Origin: Gammaproteobacteria bacterium
Lineage (GTDB): Bacteria; Pseudomonadota; Gammaproteobacteria; Eutrophobiales; Eutrophobiaceae
Assembly: GCA_965222155.1 (NCBI GenBank)
Contig: CBDCTH010000001.1
Location: 31,401-95,400 of the forward strand
DNA: 64,000 bases
Reading direction: 5' to 3'
Shown here piece after piece: positions 20,062-29,734 of this stretch; position 1 is the first letter of the stretch; each line of letters starts with the position of its first letter. Made by a program: the position numbers and the translations under genes. The notes beneath the pieces were generated by a model, which saw only the letters and a list, made by a program, of their open reading frames with translations, ran no database searches and was not told the DNA's origin.

Positions 20062-20946
20062 CTACAAGTTCAGTTCGTGCAGGTTAATCTTGTATTGTCC
20101 GAGGTTGCCCCCATAGTTGCCGGCGGTAATTTGCCTGATCCCCGGTTTTGCGGCGGCCTGGATGCCTGCAGCCATGGCTTGCTTCACTGCTTGTTCCGTC
20201 AGGCCGTCAATCACGATTTCAAGGGCGCAGTTGACGTCTGCCGGGAGGCTGCTGTCGGTTACCGCTTTCAGCGTGGGACAGTAGGCGTCATTGGTGGACG
20301 CGGGCAGGGTCTTGTAACGTGAACCCACTTTGCTGCCACTGCGCACGACGCCATTGGGAAAGGGCAGGATAATATCTTTTATCGCTCCCATGGCCCGGGT
20401 GGCTGCGCCGGCCGCAGCCAGGGTTTTTTTCTCATCCGTTCCCAGTATGATGATATTACCTCCACCTACTGCCTGCTGTACGGCAAACGATTCTTCCACG
20501 GTAAACTCACCATCCATGACCGGGATACGCCAGAAACGCCGCTCTGCCAGCTTCTTGCTGCCCTGGAAACCATCGCCGAAATAACGCAGTAGTGAACCTA
20601 CCTGGACTATCTCATCACCATCCAGGCCGTTGAAACAAGCCGTAGTCGGGCAGGTCATCACGCATTGGCCGATACGTTCAAGCAGGCGCTTGCCCACCGA
20701 TGCTTTGTCCATGGCGAATAACAGGATGCTGACGCCTGGCCGACGGTCCGGGGTCTGATCGGATGACAGAAAGCCCTCAATGCCGGCCTCACATTTACAG
20801 CCGATCACCGAGGTGGCAAACCCGGTCATCGATTGCGCCGCGGCCTGGCACCACTGTTTGGTCGCCGCGGTGACGATCACCCGCGCCCCCCACATTTTGA
20901 AGGCCTCGGCAAAAGTTCCGACAATTTCAGTTGACCTGATTTTCAT
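20062..20946 (-). CDS. ftr: formylmethanofuran:H4MPT formyltransferase, second copy
   Basis: TFAEAF, TPDRRPG, GSKVGSRY, AGNYGGNLG. Confidence 0.92.
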   Translation of the reverse strand: MKIRSTEIVGTFAEAFKMWGARVIVTAATKQWCQAAAQSMTGFATSVIGCKCEAGIEGFLSSDQTPDRRPGVSILLFAMDKASVGKRLLERIGQCVMTCPTTACFNGLDGDEIVQVGSLLRYFGDGFQGSKKLAERRFWRIPVMDGEFTVEESFAVQQAVGGGNIIILGTDEKKTLAAAGAATRAMGAIKDIILPFPNGVVRSGSKVGSRYKTLPASTNDAYCPTLKAVTDSSLPADVNCALEIVIDGLTEQAVKQAMAAGIQAAAKPGIRQITAGNYGGNLGQYKINLHELNL

Positions 20947-22586
20947 TCTGATACCGTTGCGATTACTTCATGGTCATGCAGGTAACTGTCATTGACTGCA
21001 TAATTGGGGAATTCGATAGAATAATAACTCTCAAAAAACGGCCTTACTTCTGCGACTATGGATTCATCGTATTCAGGTTCCGTATGCAGGAATTTCCCGT
21101 AGAAATCCCGGCGGAACTCGTGGTTTTCGATAATGACGTTACCTGATTTGATCACGTAACGGGGCGCGTTGAACATGGCCTCCTTATCGTCCATTTCATC
21201 GTAGATGGTGATGTCCGCATCGGCGCCCGGCCCCAGGTGGCCTTTGTTTTTCAGGTTCAGAGCCCGGGCCGGTCCGGCGCGGGTAATGATGGCTATCTCA
21301 TTGAGTGTATATTCACGCTCCAGTTCATTCAATAAGGTGCCGTTAACGGCTTTCTGGTTGACGCGCTTGATTTCCTCCTTGCGGAATTCCTTGTCCATCA
21401 GCAGGCGGATCAGCTTTGGGTAACTCATAAAGGAACCACCGTTCGGATGATCAGTGGACAGAACGATACGCCAGGGGTCTTTTGACAGCAGGAACAATTC
21501 CAGGCCGATGGCCCATTGCAGGGCATGAACATAGACATGTTCCTGGTAGCTGAACGGAACGATGCCACAACCGCTTTCGCACTCCGTATCGGCATTTACC
21601 CATTTCGCTTTTTTGAAGCCCCTGAGCATATAGGCCAGTGGCGCGTCCGCAGTCATGATCGTGGCTTTACCGAACATGACTTGGCCGACGTCGCAGGTGA
21701 TATTGGGGTGGTCGTTAACGTACTCGGCGATCTGCCGGGACGCGGATTTAGGGTTCTTGCCGGGCTCTCCCGCGTAGCTGTGGAACTGTATATGGGCCAG
21801 GTGCACGCGCCTGTCGCCGGCCGTTCTCATGGTCTCCAGGGTAGTCTCGAAGTTGCCGCTATGGCCCAGGTTGTTGCAGTGAATATGGGGCGGATGCGGT
21901 AAACCCAATTCATTCACTGTTTCAATAAATGCATCGATAACCTGTCGGGGTGAGACTTCTATGACTTCACTTTTTTCATCGATATTCTTGACGTTGGAGT
22001 TCTTTTTACCCTTCCAGGGCTCATCTCCGCCCGGGTTCACCAGTTTGGCCGTGTAGGCCTTGGTTGCGTTGATCCACCAGGCTACTGCGTGACGGAATTC
22101 CTGTTTACGCCCGGCCTTGAGCAATTGCTGCAAAAAAATATTATTGCCCAGCAGCACGTAAAATCCCTTATCTATAACCGGCGTATCGTGGAATTCTTCA
22201 ATAGTATGGCGGGCGCCGATAGGAGTGACGGCCGCTTCCATGGCGGTCGTGTAGCCCAGGGTGGCATAACGGTATCCCGTTGCAAAGGTGGAAGGAACGG
22301 TGCCGCCGGCGCCGGACCGGGTGTGTTCCGTAGCGGGGTGGGGGTCACGGCGGTGGTCTTCGGGCTGCAGTTTCCTGGCCAGGTTTACCTTGGGGCCGGC
22401 TATGTGGCAGTGGATATCCACGCCGCCGGGCATTACCACCATGCCGCTGACGTCAATTCTCAAGGGTTTGGAGGTAGGAGTTTCGACTATGCGTCCCTGC
22501 TCCAGATAAAGGTCCTTTATTTCCCCGTCAATGCCGTTGGCTGGGTCATGAACCTTGCCCCCTGTAAGTTGAATGCACTCCGTCAT
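20943..22586 (-). CDS. fwdA: formylmethanofuran dehydrogenase subunit A
   Basis: GGVDIHCH, HIHCNNLG, HIQF, STDHPNGG. Confidence 0.92.
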   Translation of the reverse strand: MTECIQLTGGKVHDPANGIDGEIKDLYLEQGRIVETPTSKPLRIDVSGMVVMPGGVDIHCHIAGPKVNLARKLQPEDHRRDPHPATEHTRSGAGGTVPSTFATGYRYATLGYTTAMEAAVTPIGARHTIEEFHDTPVIDKGFYVLLGNNIFLQQLLKAGRKQEFRHAVAWWINATKAYTAKLVNPGGDEPWKGKKNSNVKNIDEKSEVIEVSPRQVIDAFIETVNELGLPHPPHIHCNNLGHSGNFETTLETMRTAGDRRVHLAHIQFHSYAGEPGKNPKSASRQIAEYVNDHPNITCDVGQVMFGKATIMTADAPLAYMLRGFKKAKWVNADTECESGCGIVPFSYQEHVYVHALQWAIGLELFLLSKDPWRIVLSTDHPNGGSFMSYPKLIRLLMDKEFRKEEIKRVNQKAVNGTLLNELEREYTLNEIAIITRAGPARALNLKNKGHLGPGADADITIYDEMDDKEAMFNAPRYVIKSGNVIIENHEFRRDFYGKFLHTEPEYDESIVAEVRPFFESYYSIEFPNYAVNDSYLHDHEVIATVSE

Positions 22587-22615
22587 ATTGTCTGCATAGG
22601 CGCCGCGGCTTTGTT

Positions 22616-22810
22616 AGCCCGTATTTCGCACCAGGTGATGCGCCCTCGCTTGTCTTTGTGCCGCCAGCGGGCACGTGTTCATTGCGCCCATCCCCCTGCT
22701 CAACTCCATACAGGGGCAGGCTCTGGGCGCAACCCTGCGGGCGGCCTGTGCCGTGCAAATTGTCTGTCCTGACGATTTGTCATCGCATCACCTGGTGCGA
22801 AATACGGGCT
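22616..22810. repeat. nested palindromic repeat cluster overlapping the fwdB 3' end
   Basis: 27-bp perfect IR (22616-22642 / 22784-22810) enclosing members of the 72-bp-type and 28-bp hairpin families. Confidence 0.82.
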
Positions 22811-24147
22811 GCGCCGGTTGTTCCTCTGGCCTGGCCTTTTGCCAGCACCAGTTCACGCACGCGTTTTTTGATTGCCGTCAGAATTTCCTCATCGGTCGGG
22901 AAAGGTGAGTCAAAGGCTTTACGCAAGGTGATGGGCACGTCGTCCATGCGGTAGACGGTGCCGGCCGTGTTAATGCCGTAGGTGGATGTCCGGAACGCCA
23001 CGTGCGCCAGCTTGCTGGTTATGGTGGTTTTGGTGTCCAGACATACAAAAGGAATTTTTGCCAGGTGGTCAATGGCCGCCTGGGGAAAATTGGATGCGGG
23101 GTCGGTGGCTATGATCAAGGCAGCATCGGCATCCCGCTTGGACAGCAAATCAACGGTGGTGAACTCGCCCGGGTTGAAACGGGGGAAACCACGGCTGAAA
23201 TTGACGCCGAAGGGATAACCGGTCTGCCAGGACATGACGTTATCGGCGCCGGTTACATTGCCATGGCCCCGCACAGGCTTGGCAACAAAATGGGTATATT
23301 CGTTCAGGTCCGTGGCCAGGGCCAGCAGGGCGCCTGAATTAAAGTGCCGGCCGCGGGTCATGGTCAGGCCCATGCCGAAAAACAACACGCCGTAGCGGCA
23401 CGCTTTCATCCTGTCGACCAGTTCCTCCAGGGTTTCCAGGCTGACCCCGGTAATTTCTTCGATATCGGGGTCTATCCTGCGGCTTTTGACCAATGCGCGT
23501 AACGCCCATAATACTTCAAAGTCCTTGCCAGGCTTCACCTGGATAAACTGGTTGGCTGCCGGTGTGCTGGGTGTCCTGCGTACGTCAACCAGGACTACAT
23601 GCCGATCTTTTTTGCCGCGGGGCGTGAACATTCCTTTGGCTGTGACCGCATAGCGGCCAAAGTGGCGCGGGTGGGATTCGGCCGGATTGCCGCCCCAGTA
23701 AATGACCAGGTCGGCGCGGTTTTTCACCTCGCCCAGAGTCATGGTGCTTTCACCCACTCCCTGGAGGGCAATGCCCGATGGCCCGTGGCAGACAGAAGTC
23801 GTAGTATCAATGTTGCCCTTGATGATATCGGCAATGGCTACGGCTTGCTTTTGCGCCTCACAGGTGGTGTCGCTGAGACCGTAAGTGATAGGGAACCTGG
23901 CGTTGACCAGGGTCCTGGCGGCTTCTTCCACGGCTTCATCAATGGAGACAGGCTGATTATCAATCAGCGCGGCAGGTGCGCCTTCTTCTATGTAGTGTTC
24001 CGCAAACCAGGCGCGGCCGAGTACGCAGGCGTTTTTCGCCTTGATAATGCGCTTTTTGTCCAGGTCCACCGTCAGTATCATGTCGTCACAGACACAACCA
24101 CAGAAAGTACAGGTGGCATTTTCTACAACTTTGATGTTTTCACTCAT
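22780..24147 (-). CDS. fwdB: formylmethanofuran dehydrogenase subunit B (Mo/W-bisPGD catalytic type)
   Basis: CTFCGCVCDD...C FeS motif, TSVCHGPS with catalytic Cys, TLGEVKNRAD, RGHGNV. Confidence 0.9.
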   Translation of the reverse strand: MSENIKVVENATCTFCGCVCDDMILTVDLDKKRIIKAKNACVLGRAWFAEHYIEEGAPAALIDNQPVSIDEAVEEAARTLVNARFPITYGLSDTTCEAQKQAVAIADIIKGNIDTTTSVCHGPSGIALQGVGESTMTLGEVKNRADLVIYWGGNPAESHPRHFGRYAVTAKGMFTPRGKKDRHVVLVDVRRTPSTPAANQFIQVKPGKDFEVLWALRALVKSRRIDPDIEEITGVSLETLEELVDRMKACRYGVLFFGMGLTMTRGRHFNSGALLALATDLNEYTHFVAKPVRGHGNVTGADNVMSWQTGYPFGVNFSRGFPRFNPGEFTTVDLLSKRDADAALIIATDPASNFPQAAIDHLAKIPFVCLDTKTTITSKLAHVAFRTSTYGINTAGTVYRMDDVPITLRKAFDSPFPTDEEILTAIKKRVRELVLAKGQARGTTGAARISHQVMR

Positions 24148-24179
24148 GATTTCTCCCCACGGAATCGCGGCAAGCTATT

Positions 24180-24524
24180 TTAACTGATTTTTTCCACCTG
24201 GACAGAAATATGTTTTGACAGGGGCATGCCGCTGCCGGCGGTATCGCTCTCCATCAGGCGGCTGGAAGTAGGGCCATAGGCGATGAAGATCATGCCCTGA
24301 GGCAGGTCGGTGGCTTTTTTTGGAACACAGGTAACAACGACCTCGCCGATATGATTTTTCAGACGCAGCTTATCGCCGCTGTCGAAACCAAGACGGGCCA
24401 TATCATCCGCATTTATTTCAACGGTGGATGTGACTTCCCGATACTCGTCGCCGAGTTTTCCCTTGTTAAGGGAAGTCCCTTGCTTACTGGATCGTCCCGG
24501 GATCAACAACATGGTTACAGGCAT
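24180..24524 (-). CDS. fwdD: formylmethanofuran dehydrogenase subunit D (molybdopterin dinucleotide-binding)
   Basis: LIPGRS..QG, INADD..RLG, G.IFIAYGP, T.GSGMP.SK. Confidence 0.85.
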   Translation of the reverse strand: MPVTMLLIPGRSSKQGTSLNKGKLGDEYREVTSTVEINADDMARLGFDSGDKLRLKNHIGEVVVTCVPKKATDLPQGMIFIAYGPTSSRLMESDTAGSGMPLSKHISVQVEKIS

Positions 24525-24674
24525 ATATCAACTCCGTTAAAGTACTATCTGGATAGGTGAAATGAATCGGGAAATATGCCGGCGCCATAATCCACAGCTT
24601 TCAGATAATTAATACCATTTTCAGGGGGAATCGTCAAATCATCTTGGGGAGGCTACCGCTTAAGTCAGAGTTTT

Positions 24675-24750
24675 CTTAGAATTTATGGTTGTCCCGTATT
24701 AGAATATCCCCGCTTAGAATTTATGGGTGTCCCAAATTAGAATATCCCCG
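24675..24750. repeat. 2 x 38-bp imperfect direct repeat in the fwdD/mptG divergent region
   Basis: CTTAGAATTTATGGKTGTCCC..ATTAGAATATCCCCG at 24675 and 24713. Confidence 0.8.
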
Positions 24751-25727
24751 TGCTTTTGAAGAAGATGAAACAACAAGACATCGCTGTTGCCGAAACGGTG
24801 AGGGTTGCCGCGGCAGCCCGCCTGCACCTGGGTTTCCTGGATTTGAATAGTGGGTTGGATAGGCGTTACGGCAGTATCGGGCTCGGGATAACGGGTTTCT
24901 CCACGGTGGTGAATGTCTGCCATAGCAACTGGCTGGACATCAACGGAGCGGATGATGAATATATCGCCCGGATTACGGAAACCGTCCTGGATTATTTCCG
25001 CATAAATTCCGGGGTCAGGGTTGAAGTTGAAGAGCATATTCCCCGTCACCAGGGTCTGGGTTCCGGTACCCAGATGGCATTGGCATTGGGTACTGCCATT
25101 ACTGGCCTGTACGGTATCGATACCACAGTTGAAGAACTTGCGATCGCAACAGGAAGAGGTGCGCGTTCCGGAGTAGGGTTGGGGGTGTTCAAGGAGGGTG
25201 GTTTCATTCTCGATAGCGGCAAAGCCGGGGGGCACAGGTTGCCGACGCTGATATTCCGCCACGACTTTCCTGAAGAATGGCAGTTTGTCCTGGTGATGGA
25301 TGAACGGGCCAAGGGGATAAACGGGATGGAAGAGATAGAAGCGTTCAATACATTGCCGAACAAGTCCTCCGAAGCAAGCGCGGAGATTTGCCAACAGGTA
25401 TTGATGCAGATGCTACCGAGTATTATAGAGAAGGATTGCAGTCAGTTCGGTGCATCTGTCAGCAGGATACAGGCGCGCATGGGCGAATATTTCAGCGCTG
25501 CCCAGGGAGGCCTGTTTGCCAGCGATAATGTCAAACAAACGCTTGAATTCCTTTTGGAAAACAAGGCAACCGGCGTCGGCCAGACATCCTGGGGGCCGAC
25601 CGGGTTTGCCGTATTCCCGGACAAGAAATCGGCAATGCAGGTCATGGACAATTTTGCCGGGCGGGATCCTAAGGTAACACTCCGGGTTGCCGGAGCGCGA
25701 AACAGTGGAGCCCGAAGCAGCAGGTGA
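24750..25727 (+). CDS. mptG: beta-ribofuranosylaminobenzene 5'-phosphate synthase (GHMP fold)
   Basis: ARLHLGFLDL, PRHQGLGSGTQ, GRGARSG, GQTSWGPTG; start may be ATG 24765. Confidence 0.9.
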   Translation: MLLKKMKQQDIAVAETVRVAAAARLHLGFLDLNSGLDRRYGSIGLGITGFSTVVNVCHSNWLDINGADDEYIARITETVLDYFRINSGVRVEVEEHIPRHQGLGSGTQMALALGTAITGLYGIDTTVEELAIATGRGARSGVGLGVFKEGGFILDSGKAGGHRLPTLIFRHDFPEEWQFVLVMDERAKGINGMEEIEAFNTLPNKSSEASAEICQQVLMQMLPSIIEKDCSQFGASVSRIQARMGEYFSAAQGGLFASDNVKQTLEFLLENKATGVGQTSWGPTGFAVFPDKKSAMQVMDNFAGRDPKVTLRVAGARNSGARSSR

Positions 25728-25732
25728 TCTTC

Positions 25733-25977
25733 GGGGTCGGACCAACGTAATCTATTGATATTGTTATATAAAATGTTGCTTATAGGTCTGATTTAAGGCT
25801 TAGAACACTTTTTTGACGGTGAAAAACATCACTTTAAGACAGAGTAACAGGCTACGACGGTAAGCGATATTTCTTATAATGCCCATTTTCATGACAAAAA
25901 TTGCATTTTAAGGTTAAAACAAGCCATATATAGAAGTATAAACTAATAAAATCAAATAGTTATCCAGGTCCGACCCC
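25733..25977. mobile_element. AT-rich MITE-like element with IHF-consensus sites near both ends
   Basis: IR GGGGTCGGACC / GGTCCGACCCC; TATCAATAGATTA (minus) and AATCAAATAGTTA (plus). Confidence 0.6.
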
Positions 25978-26016
25978 ACAGCCCGACAGCCTCAGCCCCC
26001 CCAGCCGGGAGCAACT

Positions 26017-26156
26017 CCCGGGATCGAGAGCATCCTGCCCTCGTGGAGGGCGAGACGCCCTCCCTCCCGGGGAAACATGCCCCTTTATGGTCAGAATATG
26101 CCCGAATCCGGCAAGCATCACTGTGACTCTTGGGGGACAGATTTAAATCTGTCCCC
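26017..26156. repeat. REP-like GAGGGCGAGACGCCCTCCCTCCC element (related copies about 6084-6131 and 8081-8110) and palindrome GGGGACAGATTTAAATCTGTCCCC
   Basis: Direct reading of palindromes and dispersed copies. Confidence 0.75.
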
Positions 26157-26452
26157 TGTGTCTTGTTGACATCGATTTAGCGGGAGCCGCTGGAAAGATT
26201 ATAAACATCTGGACATTTACCGGCATTGTTGTACAATCAACACTCTTGTCCGCAGTGTATGAAGTGATGCGGGTAGCTCATGTGGGGCCGGACGTTTCGC
26301 TGATTATCGACTGGATGATTGCAGTCAAATGGTTACGACTCGCATTTTTGGTCTTGCATATCCCGGGGTTCTACCCTGTTCGGATAATTCCGTGAATAGT
26401 TGGTGGCCGGTAAAGGCCGCATATTAATACAAGTTATGCAACTGTCAGTGAT

Positions 26453-27448
26453 ATGAGAAATTTTGACGCAGAAGAAAAAAACCTGAGCATCAACCACCTG
26501 ATCGCTCCTAAGGTAAATCAATTAATCAACTTTGCCCCCGGGCTCGGATTGAGTACCAGTCTCACGACAAATGGAAGTTTAATGATAGACGCGGGCATCG
26601 AGAGGTGTGGCAGTATTGAGGCCGGCAGGCAGATTGCCGAAATCTGTCTCGGAGGGCTGGCTACTGCGAGATTGCGGGCTTCGCGGGACTATGAAAACTG
26701 GCCATGGCAAGTGGATGTTCATACCAGCCATCCGGTGATTGCCTGTTTAGCCAGCCAATATGCCGGTTGGAGCCTTTCCAACGGCAAGGGTAAGGGCACA
26801 TTCAACGCGTTAGGATCCGGCCCAGCCAGGGCCCTTGGCAGTAGAGAACCATTATTTGATGAAATCGGTTATAGAGACAAGGCGGACAAAACCTGTATCG
26901 TATTGGAAGTTGATAGTATTCCGCCGGATGATATTGCCGATAAAATTGCAAACCGGTGCCAGGTTGTGCCGGAGAACCTCACGCTTATCCTGACCCCTAC
27001 TTCTAGTCTGGCCGGTGCAGTACAGGTTGTCGCCCGGGTGTTTGAGTCTGCATTACACAAGGCCCACACAATGCATTTTCCCCTGGAAAGAATTATAGAC
27101 GGTATGGGCACCGTCCCCCTGTGTCCCCCTGCGCCGGACTTTCTGACAGCCATGAGCCGTACCAATGATGCAATTTTATTCGGGGGTCATGTCCATTTGT
27201 TTGTCAATGCGGGTAAAGAAGATGCAGAGGCGCTGGCCCGTGCGTTGCCAAGTAATACTTCAGAAGACTACGGCAGGCCTTTTGCCGAGGTATTTAAAAG
27301 TGTTAACTTTGATTTCTACAAGCTTGATCCCATGTTGTTCAGCCCGGCCCGGGTTACCGTCAGCTCTCTCAAGACAGGGCATTCGTTTCAGGCAGGAGAG
27401 ATCAATCTGCCGGCCTTGAACAAATCATTCACCACTGTATTCAACTAA
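26453..27448 (+). CDS. mch: methenyltetrahydromethanopterin cyclohydrolase
   Basis: ACLASQYAGW, GSGPARA, VQVVAR..E.ALHK, RTNDAILFGG, FY.LDP.LFSPA. Confidence 0.95.
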   Translation: MRNFDAEEKNLSINHLIAPKVNQLINFAPGLGLSTSLTTNGSLMIDAGIERCGSIEAGRQIAEICLGGLATARLRASRDYENWPWQVDVHTSHPVIACLASQYAGWSLSNGKGKGTFNALGSGPARALGSREPLFDEIGYRDKADKTCIVLEVDSIPPDDIADKIANRCQVVPENLTLILTPTSSLAGAVQVVARVFESALHKAHTMHFPLERIIDGMGTVPLCPPAPDFLTAMSRTNDAILFGGHVHLFVNAGKEDAEALARALPSNTSEDYGRPFAEVFKSVNFDFYKLDPMLFSPARVTVSSLKTGHSFQAGEINLPALNKSFTTVFN

Positions 27449-27478
27449 GCCGGACAGTAATACCCGGGATAACCCGGC

Positions 27479-28312
27479 ATGGTTGACTTGGCAGCACAGG
27501 TGTATGACTGTTTTATCTATGATATCAATGCGTTAAAACCTGGTAATGTAGGTCGGCATGGCGCCGGTCATGGTATGGAATGTGCGGACTTTATCAAAAG
27601 TGCACAAGTTGTAACACCCATCCTGTGCAATCATCAGCTTAGGCTTGGCAAAAGAATTTTGGCCAGTGTCGAGGCCACTTTCAGCGCGGTTCATTGCAAT
27701 ACCAACCTGGGCATGCTATTACTTATTGCGCCTGTCATCAGGGTGTTTGAACAACTTGTCTCCCCGGGAGATTTTAAGGATGAGATCAAACACACCCTGA
27801 TGTCACTGGGGCGACAGGAGGCGCAGGACATATTCGCGGCCATTCGTCTGGCCAATCCGGGCGGTCTTGGCAAGGTAGATAAATATGACGTAAACTTGCC
27901 GCTGGATATTGATATTTATTCAGCTATGGATAGCGCGAAGGACCGGGATCTTATTGCGTTGCAATACGCAAACGGTTACCAGGAAGTCGTTAATTTGGGG
28001 ATAAAATGCCTACAAAACTATCACATTCGCTGGAATAGTGTAGAATGGGCAGTCGTTGCCTGTTATCTTATGTATATGGCGAGGTTCCCGGATTCTCATA
28101 TCCGCAGAAAATACGGGATCGAAATCGCAGAGCAGGTGAGGAAGAAAACAATTCCTGTACGGGACCGGTTTGCGGACTATGATAATCCGGGGGATGCGAA
28201 AGAGGTACTGATGATCTTTGATAAGGAACTCAAAGAATCGGAAATTAATCCTGGCACCTGTGCAGACCTGACTGTAGCCAGCCTGCTGTTGTACCGGCTT
28301 GGCGTTGGCTGA
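27479..28312 (+). CDS. CitG-like protein (Orf7 of H4MPT clusters)
   Basis: KPGNV, NTNLG.LLL, AIRLANPGG, DSHI.RK.G, NPGTCADLT. Confidence 0.85.
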   Translation: MVDLAAQVYDCFIYDINALKPGNVGRHGAGHGMECADFIKSAQVVTPILCNHQLRLGKRILASVEATFSAVHCNTNLGMLLLIAPVIRVFEQLVSPGDFKDEIKHTLMSLGRQEAQDIFAAIRLANPGGLGKVDKYDVNLPLDIDIYSAMDSAKDRDLIALQYANGYQEVVNLGIKCLQNYHIRWNSVEWAVVACYLMYMARFPDSHIRRKYGIEIAEQVRKKTIPVRDRFADYDNPGDAKEVLMIFDKELKESEINPGTCADLTVASLLLYRLGVG

Positions 28313-28370
28313 GATGTCAGTCGTGACTGTTGGAGTGGGAGATGGTTGATAGACCTTATGGAGGTTTATT

Positions 28371-28943
28371 ATGTTTAAAATTCTTGAAAAACTTACTGGT
28401 ATTTTTAAAGCAGAAGAAGGAGGTAATGATATGGCCGTGATTGATAGAGTACTCGTTGGTGAAGCATTGGTAGGGGATGGTAATGAGGTAGCCCATATTG
28501 ACCTGATTATGGGACCCCGCGGTAGCGCGGCAGAGACCGCGGCCTGCAATGCCCTTACCAATAACAAAGACGGTTTTACATCCCTGTTGGCAGTCGTTTC
28601 ACCGAACCTGGCATGTAAACCTACTACGGTTATGTTCAACAAGGTTACCATCAAAGGCGCAAGCCAGGCCGTGCAGATGTTCGGTCCGGCTCAACGTGCA
28701 GTGTCTATGGCGGTGATGGATTGTGTTGAAGATGGCACCATTCCTGCCGACGAAGCCGATGATATTTTTATCTGTGTTGGCGTGTTTATACACTGGTTGG
28801 CTGAAGATGATGGCAAAATTCAGGATTACAATTATGAAGCCGTGAAGATGTCAATCAAACGTGCTGTTGCTCGTGAACCCAAGGCTTCCGAAGTATTGAG
28901 CAAGCGTGGAGACGCGGATCATCCGTTCCAGGCTCATTCATAA
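28371..28943 (+). CDS. fae: formaldehyde-activating enzyme (two possible starts, 28371 and 28431)
   Basis: [40 protein letters not shown]. Confidence 0.95.
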   Translation: MFKILEKLTGIFKAEEGGNDMAVIDRVLVGEALVGDGNEVAHIDLIMGPRGSAAETAACNALTNNKDGFTSLLAVVSPNLACKPTTVMFNKVTIKGASQAVQMFGPAQRAVSMAVMDCVEDGTIPADEADDIFICVGVFIHWLAEDDGKIQDYNYEAVKMSIKRAVAREPKASEVLSKRGDADHPFQAHS

Positions 28944-28970
28944 CAACCATTTGTAACCACTTGTCGTACA

Positions 28971-28996
28971 ATAACCCCGGCGCAAGCCGGGGTTAT
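28971..28996. terminator. hairpin between convergent fae and orf17
   Basis: ATAACCCCGGC-GCAA-GCCGGGGTTAT. Confidence 0.7.
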
Positions 28997-29032
28997 GGTT
29001 TGGCCATGTGGAATATAAAGAACTGTATTTTT

Positions 29033-29734
29033 CTATATTTTCTGTAGCTGAAGCAAATGCCCGGATGTGATCTTTTTGTTGTGCAAAGATGAGGCAAGCA
29101 GCGCCCCGTGCACGCCGTGGGCGCTGAGCAGGCGCAAGTCATCCGCGTTACGCACGCCTCCGGCTGCATAGACCTGTTTGTCAGGCAGTTTATCGATCAG
29201 ATTACAGATGCGTTCCAGATCAGGCCCCCTATTGCTGCCTATCCGTTCCAGGGCCATAAGGATCAGGCGTTGCGGCAATAGATCAGGTCGCTCCAGCAAG
29301 TCTATATTGCCCAGAAGGCGTCTGCCGGTGTAATCCAGTGATAAGATACTATCCGGTTTACGCGTATAATCAGCGAGTTGATCGATGGCGATTCCAGTTT
29401 CCGAGCCCAGTACGTTGCTGACGCGATCCTGGAATGGACTGGAGTTTTCGCTGATGAACAGCTTCAGGCCTGAATCTATCCATAAGCTGATTTCGTCGTT
29501 AGTCTCCAGTAATCGAGTGATGAGGGCGTGGTTGTTGCCGTTATTTTCAATGGCATTGAGATCCGCGATGTAAAATGTCTTGAATGGGAATACCGACAGG
29601 TAGGCGCGGGTGACGGCCAGGATATCCGGTTCCGGACAAAGCGGCGTAGCCAGGGGCCGGTATGTTTGTCTTTTCCCCTGCCTGGCCGTAACTACCAGGC
29701 CGTCTTTCAAGTCGATGACGGGTATAATATGCAT
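29033..29734 (-). CDS. HisA/HisF-like TIM barrel (Orf17 of H4MPT clusters)
   Basis: MHIIPVIDLKDG.VV, YIADLNAI, YAAGGVRN. Confidence 0.85.
   Translation of the reverse strand: MHIIPVIDLKDGLVVTARQGKRQTYRPLATPLCPEPDILAVTRAYLSVFPFKTFYIADLNAIENNGNNHALITRLLETNDEISLWIDSGLKLFISENSSPFQDRVSNVLGSETGIAIDQLADYTRKPDSILSLDYTGRRLLGNIDLLERPDLLPQRLILMALERIGSNRGPDLERICNLIDKLPDKQVYAAGGVRNADDLRLLSAHGVHGALLASSLHNKKITSGHLLQLQKI

Noticed and set aside
29528-29728. Long N-terminal extension of orf9
   Set aside because: Antisense to orf17; the family motif GWDIGGAHLK marks the true N-terminus
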